A stretch of 64,000 bases of DNA from Lingula anatina (Eukaryota; Animalia; Brachiopoda), in the NCBI GenBank assembly GCA_051362555.1, contig CM120641.1, forward strand, positions 35,098,401 through 35,162,400. Direction: 5' to 3'. A program made the translations under genes and the position numbers. Below, piece after piece: positions 39,542-50,519 of the stretch; the stretch's first letter is position 1, and each line of letters starts with the position of its first letter. The notes beneath the pieces were generated by a model. The model saw nothing but the letters and a program-made list of their open reading frames with translations. It searched no databases and was not told the DNA's origin.

Positions 39542-42500
39542 CTTGTGCACGCATTCTAACCGAGGACACACACCCGCCCGAAACCCACTAACCGAGGACA
39601 CACCTCCAACCGAGGACGTCCTCGGTTGACATAAGCAGTGGAATGCATAAAGGGGCCCATTTCAAGTAAGGTGGTGAAATTTGACGCTATTCTGAGCCAG
39701 TCCTCGGTTATGCTGTATAGCGCGGGCCAAATTCCCGCCACGAGTGTATCAGAAATACTGTCCAACTTTTTGTCTGAAATCGGGCTATACACACGCGTCC
39801 TCGGTTGTGCTGTAAAGGGCGGACCAAATTCCGCGTCCTCGGTTGTGCTGTAAAGGGCAGACTAAACTGAAACTAATGTTATATCTCAGATGTCTATATA
39901 TTCAGTAAGTTCATATTTTTAAACTAAAGGTCTTTTTTATCAAATTAAGCTCTCCTAGGCCGTTACGTAACTACATAACTATCATCGCACTGTACATATT
40001 ACGGCACGCTTCTTTATTAGTACAACTGACTTGGAGTGGTTTAAATAAAGAAGAACTGTCTGAATTTGTGGCTCACTCGGTAGATCTTAGGACCGACAAT
40101 CTTTTGAGGGTGCAAGAATTACTAGTAAATGAAAAGGGTAAATAGATCGTCCGTAAACCCCCTTTACACTGGGGCGGCGTCCTTTGTGCGACCAAGAAAC
40201 TGGCATCACTGTGGTCGTAGAAAGGAGGTACAAGCATTGCTTTGGTTGAAAAAAATGAATATTTGGTGATTGGCCAGTTGTCAGAAAGTTAAGTATTATA
40301 ATTTTGTACTCTCAAATGGATCCGTACTACAGGACGCAGAAAGGACGCCGTCCAGTGTAAAGGGCCCCTTAGCTAACTATGAATTAATCTACCCCTGACA
40401 GTTTGAAGAAGGCTATGACATTATGAAACATTTATTATTACATAATGGCTCTGCGAACTACAGTCACTTCTTTTCACCTGTAGATCTGACCTGTTTGTTA
40501 TACACCTGGCTGCTAGAATAAATACTAAATCTAACAACTGAAGTGAAATTATATTTTGAATGGGCCCCTGTCGGTCCATGTCGCTAACACAGAGCACACA
40601 TATTCATAAACACCGCATTTGCAAGAACCGCTTTGTGAAATAAAAAAAGAAAAAAAAAGACGCCCCGACAATTACGCGTCCTGATATATAGGCCTACAGT
40701 TCGGATATGCACACGGCAAAAACGATTAAGGGACCGTTCCCAGATCCTATCGTACTAACTATGGATCGATCTCTCCCAGAAGGAATGCTATATAAATTGC
40801 AATCAACGTAATCAGTGTGATCCGGCCAATTTTACAAAGTTGCTGTTTTTCCCTTTTCTCAGCATAATATTATATGCGATGCAACATTTTAAAGAGAACC
40901 GATAGGTCTATTTTCATGAAACTCACAGAACTGATGAATATTAGTTAAACGCAGGTCAAGTTTGAAAATCTTCATAATGGGCTGCTTTTTTTTTCAGAAA
41001 ATTTGCTGTTGTTTTTGCTTTTTTCAGCATACATGCAACACTGTAAACACAGTTCAAGGAGAAGCAATAGGTCTATTGTCATGAAACTCACAGAACTGAT
41101 GATTATTAGTAAAAGGGTTGTCAAGATCAAAAATCGGCATATCCGGGCCATTTTTTGTCAAAAGTTATGCTGTTTTTTTTCTGCCATTTTCAGCATATAA
41201 GTAACACTGTAAGCACATTTCAGGGAGAACCGATAGGCCTGTTGTCATTAAACTCACAGGAGTGATCAATGTTACCAATATACAAATCAAGTTTGAAAAT
41301 AGGATTGATTGGTTGAGTTTTGTGGAAGTTGTGCCTTGTTTTGATATATATAAGTGGTTTTCCTCAGATTTGATTGTCAGGCATGTTGACAGTTTGGTTA
41401 TTGAACTAACTAGATATGTAAATATGTTAGTGTTTGTCTGAAATTTTCTGCATCTTTACAACATTGCTAGTTGATTATATAAATATGACGGTAAACATGT
41501 TATCATGTACTGTGTAATACAGTGTCTCAAAATGGAGGCAATTGGGTGATTATTTTCAAAAGTTTTGCTTTTTTTCTCCTTTTTTCATTGTACATGCAAC
41601 ACTGTAAACACATTTCAAGGAGAACCAATAGGCCTCTTTTCATAAAACTCACAGAACTGATGATTATAAGTAAAAGAATGGTCAAGATTGAAAATCAGCA
41701 TGACCAGGCCCTTTTCTTTCAAATGTTATGCTGTTTTTTTTTCAGCATATAAGTAACACTGTAAGCACATTTCAGGGAGAACCAATAAGCCTGTTTTCAT
41801 GAAACTCAGAGAACTGATGATTATTAGTAAATTAAAAAGAATGATCAAGATTGAAAATCAGCATGACCAGGCCCTTTTCTTTCAAATGTTATGCTGGTTT
41901 TTTTTCAGCATATATGTAACACTGTAAGCACATTTCAAGGAGAACCAATAAGCCTGTTTTCATGAAACTCACAGAACTGATGATTATTAGTAAAAGAATG
42001 GTCAAGATTGAAAATCAGCATGACCAGGCCCTTTTCTTTCAAATTTTATGCTGTTTTTTTTTTTTTTTTTTTTTTTTTTTTTGTTTTTTTTGTTTTCAGC
42101 ATATATGTAACACTGTAAGCACATTTCAGGGAGAACCAATAACTTAAAGCCTGTTTTCATGAAACTCACAGAACTGATGATTATTAGTAAAAGCATATTA
42201 GTTACACTGTAAGCACATTTCAGGGAGAACCGATAGGTCTGTTGTCATTAAACTCACAAGAGTGATCAATGTTATCTATATACAAATCAAATTTAAAAAT
42301 AAGATTGATTGGTTGAGTTTTGAGGGACTTCAGCTTTTATTTGTATATAAGTGGTTTTCCTCAGATTTGATTGTCAGGCATGTAAACAGTCTCATTATTG
42401 AATTTACTAGATATGTAAAATGGGTTGTTTGACAATTTCTGCGTCTTGACAATATTGCTAGTTGATTATATAAAAATGGTGGTAAACCTGTTATCTTGTA

Positions 42501-43571
42501 TTGTGTTAAAAAAGTGCCAAAATGGAAATGAACTCGTATAATTGTAGTTTGTCAGATTCAATCATTCACAATGTTCGGAATGGAGGAAATTGGACATTTA
42601 AACTTGTTATATTGATATTTTTGCCATCTCAACAATTTTCTTAGTTGATCATGTGAAATGGCAGTAAACTGTATTATTTTATGTAAAAAAGTTAAAAATG
42701 GAAAGAAACCCATTTCAGTACAGTGCTGTCTTGTATACATTTAGCATTTTCAAAGTATGACTTTGGAGTTCCATGAACCTGAAAACCTTTGCTAGTCACA
42801 TTTTCTGAATATTCATGATACTAATATTTTATTATAAAAAATTGATGATCATTATGCTGTTAAGCATTATATAATATTGCATCAAATTGGAAGAAAGCAC
42901 AATTTTGGGTGCTGCTGGCATGATGTCCTCAATTGTAAAATTGTGTACTGTGCAAGTCTGTATCCAATGGACGACACTTTGTGTTATCAAAATATAAAAT
43001 TCATGATAATAAAAGAGTGCTAAATAGAAAATAAGCATTATGAAAATAAAATGTTTGAAAACGAGTTTCTTTGGTCTTTTATTTTATTTCATCAGTATCC
43101 TTTCTTTTCCTAAATTAATTGATGTTTTATCTCATAATCTTCAATTCTAAAAAAGTGGCAAAGCCCAGCATTAAATATTGTATAACTGTTCATTTAATCA
43201 TCACCTCTGGTGTTATTTTGGAATTTACCTTAAATATGAAAGAATTTCATAAAAATGTGAATTGCTGCAAAGTAACGCTATATAAAATTTGCTTTGCATT
43301 AAAAGTACAATCATTATTACATGTAGATGCATGCATGTCCTCGGTTGTAATGTGTAGTGTCTGTCCGTGTGTGTGTCCGTGTGTGTCCTCGGTTAGAATG
43401 TAAAATTCTTGTCAGCAAAAAATTAGTTTTTATAAAAAATTAATTTATAACATTCATACTCGAATAGATTTTACCCTAAATTGAATGTTTTTATTTTGAT
43501 TTAACCAAGGAATAAGATGTCCTCGGTTGTATGGTGTTGTGCTGATGTCCTCGGTTGGTACACATAGACAA

Positions 43572-43607
<36 letters not shown>

Positions 43608-46600
43608 ATCTCAAACTTGATTTTTTTGCCTCATTGGAGGCTCTTTCTCAACAAATGTAGATATTTACACAGTAATGCAGGCACTGTCACATTTTACTTG
43701 TCAGAAGTGCATTCTGAACTGCATCTGCTTATTTGCAAAGTTGAACATAATCAACAAAAGCATCTAGTTGAAATTTTACTAGAAGTCTAGAAATAATGGT
43801 TTTCAAGCAAGACCCTTAAAACACTTCTCAGATGTATTTTGTTTGATGGAAATGGTCAATATATACACTAGTAATATTACAAGTCCATTCATTGTCAATT
43901 GTTTTGTTCATTAGATGCATCCATGACTACCAAATACATTTTTTATAATTTTTTAAATAGTTGGAGGCTTTGCAGAATGACAAGCTCAAGAAAAAGGAAG
44001 ACAAGAAAAAGGAGCTGGATGAATTAAACCAGCTGTTCAGACCAGCTGTAATTCAACAGAAAGTGTCTAAAGGTAGGTGTTTCATCACAAACTAATATTC
44101 TTATTTTACTAACATACGTTTCAGCGTCAGTCTGACATTGTCTGACTGATGTCACAAGGTGTGAACTGTTGTTGCTACTCTCTGCCCCCCCCCCCCCCCC
44201 CCCCCCACTCCACCCACCCCACCTCCCTAGTGTCTGTGGCACTTGGTCAACAGAAAGATTTCTCTATTGATGTTATTTTGTGTCTTCCTAATCCATGTAT
44301 CCACTGTAATCCCTCTTGTTTTCCAGTCTCTGGGATTCTGGCACTCTCCCATTAGGTGGTTTTGTTGTATACCACATGTTTGTATCATAATACACTGATG
44401 CTGGTCTTATATATCAAATTTACAAAAATCCAAACACTTCCGAAATATCTAGTAGTGATACTCTACCGATTTTGCCGTTTGTCTCCCCAGGTGCTGATCC
44501 AAAATCGGTGGTCTGTGCTTTTTACAAGCAGGGGCAGTGTGGGAAAGGAGACAAGTGCAAGTTCTCCCATGATCTCAGCAAAGAGAGAAAAGGAGAGAAG
44601 AGGAGCATGTACGATGGTCAGGATGAAAGTAAGGATTTATACCTATATATATGTTTTGCATTATTTGATTCTATTACTGGATTTCTAAGTCAAAGTCTGT
44701 AGTCACAACAAAGATGTTTGATTCCTCAGCTTGGCTAACATTTCACCTAAGGGTTGAGATTTACCAATTCCCAATTTAGTACCTGAAATGTTTTGATATC
44801 ACTCTAAATGAGCTATAAATGATAAATTTTGTTTAATGTTATAAAAGTCTTGTAATAAAGTTTCTGTTTTCCCTCAGAGGCTGACATGGAAACTTGGGAT
44901 GAGGCAAAATTAGAGGAAGTCATTGAAAAGAAACATGGAGAGAAAAACAAAGGCTTACCTCCAACATCGATTGTAAGTGTTTAAGTGACAGTGCACACTT
45001 TTTTATGTGATATTTATAACAATAACAATGCGAAAAAGGAAAGGAATGAAAAGGCATGCCTCCTATTGTTTTTGTTGTTGTAAGAAACCAAGACTGTAAT
45101 AAACATCAATTTCATTCAAAAAAAAAAAAAATTGAAGACCAGAAGACAAACATGCTGTACCAAAACTTTTTTAAGTTACAGCTTTCCCAATTGCCTTTGT
45201 ATTTTCAGATTTGCAAATATTTCCTTGAAGCCGTTGAGAACAGCAAGTATGGCTGGTTTTGGGAATGCCCCAATGGAGTTACCTGCCACTACAAGCATGC
45301 ACTACCACCAGGTACAGCATTTGATCAGTTTTCTTTTGAGCCAATTCTGTGTAAATTCATCTAAAATCACAAATTTTCCAAATTATAATGTTACAGACAG
45401 ATTCTCATAACATAAAGCAATGTTCTTGAACAATTTTACTATATTACTAAACTATGATTAACACATAACAATTTTCAGAACTAGAACATAATATAACAAG
45501 CTAAACAAGAATAAACAATATTACAGCTAATCTTAAAAGTCATTTGTACATGAATGATTATAATGTCTTGAAGTTGATGGATGGTGCACACATGTATGTC
45601 AATAAATGCCACCTCGGGCAGTCAGGCCTATCGCCACATCCTCCTCCTTGCTTTAAAGTTAAATACATCCACATCGCCAAACAAATTATTGTTCACCTCA
45701 ATAACATTCTTCCGCGGCACAGTTTCTCATGAAAATCCAAGTCACACTGTCACCGCTACAGTTATGCATTGACGGATTCGGAGGCAAACATCATTCAGTC
45801 ACATACAAAATACCTTTCTCCATTGGGAATCCATACAAGCTGTACACGGATCCTTTTCCCAGAATATTTCTCATGTTTGAATCGTAGATCAATGACAAAT
45901 CTCGCACCATTCATCAGCCCCGGTCATCAGTACATGTATCGCCATGCTGCGGAGAAAACGCTTCTGTTGCGTTCATTTGACCTTTTTTTCTCTTCTGGAG
46001 CGTGCAATTTGCAATGTTCCGATTGGTCAAAAAGTCACGAGATACCACAATCACATTATAACGTAACACATTATAACGTAACACATTATAACGTAACAAT
46101 AATTTTACAGGTGGAACTCGAGGAGCCTTGGGTTAAATACATAAAGCTTTGAGGCACTTAGTTTTTTTTAACAGCCAAAAATACTGCTGCTTGAAAAATA
46201 ATTTTGTGGTGCTTCTGCCTCCCAAAAAAGGGTGGGGGGTAACTGAAATTGAATTTGAAAAATGGATTGTTCACACTACACAATAATTAATTTGAAACCT
46301 TTAGACACAGACACGGGTTATCTTTTTCGTGCATCCTTTCTTGAATACTGTGATTATTACTAAGAATGATACATACCAACCAGAGAATGGTTTTCCTTGG
46401 CTAGGTTTTGTGTTGAAGAAGGATAGGAAGAAAGAAGAAAAGGAAGATCAAATCACAATAGAGGAACTTGTAGAGAAGGAGAGAGCAGCCCTGGGGGATA
46501 ACGTCACAAAGGTCACATTAGAGACATTCTTAGCTTGGAAGGAAAGGAAGGTGAGTTCTTCTTCAAGGCATGATATTTGATGTGATAAAAATTGTGTGGA

Positions 46601-48689
46601 CCAATGACCAGATGGCATTTTCACTGCAAGGCAGATTTGATAGTTACTTCATGGTTTTGGAACTTTTAATTGCCTGTTAATGGACTTATTTGTGCCAGCC
46701 TTTGGTCAAAAAAATTATGTTTGAACATGACTGAATTGTATTTAATCTGCTTTCTTCAGAAAAAGGAAAAAGTAGAAAAGTTTATGTCTGCCAAAGAGAA
46801 GAGAAAGGCAGAGTTTAAGGCAGGCAAGGCATTTGGGGTAAGTTTATGGCTCTATTCCCATAGATTTTAGATCGATCTATCCCCGCGGGGAGTCTCACTA
46901 GATTACTTTCAGATAATCCGACGTAAATGTCCGTACCGCCTACTACAAGCTGTAACGGGGTAATTAACTTTCGTGTCCGCTCGGCTGACAGCTATTTAGC
47001 GTGAACCCCCAGGGAGTTAGGTCGATCTTAAGTAGGTCGATCTAATCTATGGAAATGGGGTGTTAGATTCACAGTAGTAAAAGATATATACATAATTATG
47101 TTAGGAAATATTATTAAAGCTACTTTAAAAGAACTTAGAATGGGGTAAAATATATTGCATTCCTACCACTGGTTTTCTTACAGTTCAACTATACTGTATG
47201 CTATGCAGAAATTCGTTCAGTATCATGGAAGCCATGGTACTCATGAATTTCAAGTTCTGATATAGACTTGTACCAAAATAATAAATATAATAATGGCTAA
47301 TGCTGGCATTTAAAATTTCTTTTAATATTAAATATATTTTATTTGGCATTTTTCTCAGCCCTAGTCCTTAAATGTATTTTAACTAAGCCCAGATTAAACA
47401 AGAAATGTAATGCTAGTCCTTAAATATTATTCTTCTATTTCTGTGGATCTCCAGGTCAGTGGCAGGGAACTGTTTGAGTTCAACCCTGACATGATTGTGG
47501 ATGATGATGAAGCTACAGATGATGTGTATGAGAGGAATGATGAGGAGGTGGGTAAATGGACAATATACTCTGTACACCAGGACTTGCAAATATTTAATGA
47601 TTTTAACATTGATATTACATTTATTTGTATTGTATTGTATTATATACTTTGTGTATTATACTTCCAACTTCTGATTTAATTTTTTTCAAGCATAGCTATC
47701 TTTGGGTCTAACAATAGCACGATGTATTGTATATATGAAATGTATAAAAAGTGTCAAAAAGCTTTTAACCCCAGCTGCGAATCCTGTATTTTGAAAAAAA
47801 AGTATAGAGCTGTCAGTTATATTTGTTGTACTATTACCATGAATCTTTTCTTGATAATGTGTGGTGTTTGTAATTCACAAGCCCCATATTTTCCAGGAGG
47901 GTGGAGAAGAGGAGGAGGCCTATGATGGTCCTGTGAAGGAGATTGACATGGAGGAGATATCCAGGGTGGGGTATGACACCAGTAGTAAAGGAACAGAAGC
48001 CACGTCCAGAGATAGGACAGGGGCACCTGTCACATCACAAGGTATGCTGGAGTGTTAGTGATTGACTGTTTGTTGAACGATTCTCGTAGGATTACAACAC
48101 CATTATTGTGCAACCTTGCTTGAATGATTTACGAGTTACTGTTTGAAAAGTTACATTTTGAAGGTTTGTGATACTAAAATTTGGTGTCAGTGTGTATTAG
48201 TATTGTGTTGACAGAGTTAGTAGAGATCTTTTTGACAGAAATGTTTTTTTCTTATAATGAAGTTTGTTTCTGTTATAATTCTGCCAGTGTTATGCAAGTG
48301 GAAGTTAAAAGTTTTATTTTGTGTAAAACAAATATATGCCTCCTGGGTTTTTAGAGGAAAGTCTTGACTGAATTTTGATATTTGAAAAATAAAGGCATGT
48401 TCAAATGGCATAGTATTTGATTGACTTTTGCCTTTGATTATTGGTATACTTGTTGAAAATTGTGTTTCACTGCCTTTCAGATGATGAGGCCACAAAATTA
48501 GCTCAAGCTGCTGCTTTACCCGAAACTAATAGTATGGAAAAGACTGATCATGCAATAGCTGCAGCACTATCTGCAACAGTCAATGGAGACGTTTTAGCAG
48601 GGGATGTGCCAATAGATGAAAACTTATTCGAAGAGGAAGACTTGGATCTACTAGAAGAAGATTTAGAAACTTTGGATCTGGATCAGTGA
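37097..48689 (+). CDS. ZC3H15: Zinc finger CCCH domain-containing protein 15 (DFRP1, DRG1 partner), 431 aa
   Basis: Exons 37097-37171 ([15 protein letters not shown]), 39319-39420 ([18 protein letters not shown]), 43961-44072, 44491-44628 ([32 protein letters not shown]1), 44878-44972, 45209-45311 ([39 protein letters not shown]2), 46405-46550 ([25 protein letters not shown]), 46760-46837, 47455-47547 ([11 protein letters not shown]), 47897-48041, 48481-48689 (..PIDENLF..stop). Total 1296 nt with all phases matching. Confidence 0.96.
39506..39539. repeat. (TG)n microsatellite, left half
   Basis: TG run; a second run lies at 43575-43606. Confidence 0.9.
40156..40368. mobile_element. Nested MITE, Harbinger-like
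   Basis: TIR CCCTTTACACTGG..CGGCGTCCTTT / AAAGGACGCCGTCCAGTGTAAAGGG. Confidence 0.75.
40730..40811 (+). mobile_element. Truncated left end of a family B MITE
   Basis: taa|gggaccgttcccagatcctatcgtactaactatggatc matches tta|gagacaattcccagaccctatcatactaactttggatc at 11624. Confidence 0.7.
40815..42530. repeat. Satellite-like array, ~155-165-bp unit with a higher-order duplication
   Basis: About 8 units of cagcatata-gtaacactgtaagcacatttcagggagaacc..catgaaactcacagaactgatgattattagtaaaag..gtcaagattgaaaatc. Block ~41193-41540 recurs at ~42195-42530. Confidence 0.9.
43575..43606. repeat. (TG)n microsatellite, right half
   Basis: TG run. Confidence 0.9.
46050..46098. repeat. 15-bp tandem repeat x3
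   Basis: CACATTATAACGTAA repeated three times. Confidence 0.9.
46848..47062 (-). mobile_element. PIF/Harbinger MITE, family A, inverted orientation
   Basis: Reverse complement of the 9609 and 23760 elements (attcccatagattttagatcgatctatcccc..gtcgatctaatctatggaaatggggtg|tta). Confidence 0.88.
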
Positions 48690-50519
48690 CAAAAGCAAGT
48701 CAGAAGACTTTCCACACATACCATGACGAGTGTAATATTGATGTAGCACTGACAGATGAAGAGGAATGGAAACCTTAATTATGAGGTTTCCCTTAACTTC
48801 CTTTAAGATAAATAATGTTAATAAAAAAACTGTGGAAACAGAAAGCTTATTTTGCTAGTACTTCCATGCAAAAATTGTTGACTTTTTTCCTGGCATCAAG
48901 ATACGTTTATACTAGTGTGCTAGTCGACAGCGGCCAAATGCAAACAGAGTAATGGCAATTAGTTCAGCATTTGGTGGAGTTGTGAAGACTGAAATCCTAT
49001 CATTGCTATTGTTGAAATAAACCTTGATTGAAGATCAATTTACCAATAAAGTTCCAACTGTTTTGGCAGAGAGCTTTACTTCTTTTTTGGACAATTTCAT
49101 GAATTTCAATTTTTTTTCTGTAAATAAGTGATCTGCAAATATAAAACAAGGCAATTTTTTAAGTTCTTGGCATCTTTATTTCTAGCACCAGTAAATAAAA
49201 TTCTTAATATCTAAACTTATCACTTGAATATCAAAAATATTATGTTGCAAACTACATCCACAAGAACCATTTATAAAACACTAATTTGAAAAAAAAAAAA
49301 GCAGCAGGACCTTTAACTCTCAGGTGTTAAGATGATGATTATTGCTTATTCAAATCTCTTCTATATGGCACCCTTCCAATATGTATAGAGTTCATGTGTC
49401 TATGTTTTCACTTATATAAAATTCATTAACAGAAGAGACTTGAGCAGAATGTTGTAATTCATCCAATAGATTAGAGTCATGCTGCATAAGAAAAGATAAA
49501 TCTAATACTGGACTTCAAAAACAAATACAAATCCAACACTGTGATTGGTAGCACCAATCTTAAACACAGAAATAAGTGTCAGTGACCTGATAGGTTCCTC
49601 GTGACTGATCAGAGGACTAGGTATCTGCTCGAGGTCCTAGTCCCAGATGTCGAATAGATTACATCCTGTTCTACAGTTCAGTGATGCCCTACTTAACACC
49701 ACATCTATGTCACTGCTCTTTTCTATCTAGGATGGAGAAGAAATTTAGTCTTACAGCAGATGTCTAGTCATCTGACCCGTCATCTGACCAGCCCATCTGG
49801 TCGGTGAAAATCATTGCCCTGTTGAAGACCAGTGGTACTAATTGCAACAATGGACCCTTGCTTAACTGCTCTCCAAGTCCATGACTAGATTTATATTTTT
49901 CCTCACAAATAACAGGAAGACTTTCAAGCAGTTCGATGTAAGTGTTCAAATAAGCACCATGACTAAGTTTTCATATATCCCATTTAAAATGGCAAAGATA
50001 TTTTGAAAAATTGGTTCAATCTACTATTTGTTCAATGCACTTGGTAAAACATGAACACAAATTACCCCATTCCATTTTACCCATCCAAGCTCATGTTGAA
50101 TTTTAATTCAAAAATTTTAATTTTACCAAAATGTTTAAAAATGCCTGCTCTGAACTAGTACACTTATTTGTCCATAAACTATAAACCTAATATTAAAATT
50201 TTACATGAACAGATTTTTATCAAGGATGTTTTCATTCATGCATAGTCAAAATAAACTCTTTCAATAGCTAATAAATATTTGAATTAACTGAGTTAATTAG
50301 TAAACAAAGAGCAGTGCCATTTTGCACAAAATTGCATGTCATTTCATCACATTATTTCCTAAAACCAACATTCAGGAAAAGACCTACACCATTCACACAA
50401 AAAAAAACTTATAAATAGTAAAACTGATAACTTCTTTTTCATAAAATTGCAACTCTCTATGAACATTTAAAATGCAGAATGTAATGAGTTCCCACTTTCT
50501 CCTCCTGTAAAAGATGCCG

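Larger units (their letters stand above)
39552..43400. mobile_element. Large non-autonomous TIR-bounded composite element, superfamily unresolved
   Basis: Perfect 22-bp TIR CATTCTAACCGAGGACACACAC, multiple subterminal AACCGAGGAC motifs, flanked on both sides by (TG)n, no transposase ORF. Confidence 0.75.

Noticed and set aside
41003-42196. Repeated ORFs ([20 protein letters not shown])
   Set aside because: Translations of the tandem satellite unit, broken by T-runs and stops.
49578-49645. Hammerhead- or SECIS-like fold in the DNAJC10 3' region
   Set aside because: CTGATCA is not followed by a GAAA box, and DNAJC10 has no in-frame TGA (all four CxxC motifs use Cys).
49671-49688. Possible alternative last exon GITEL-stop of DNAJC10
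   Set aside because: The acceptor lacks a polypyrimidine tract; likely chance.
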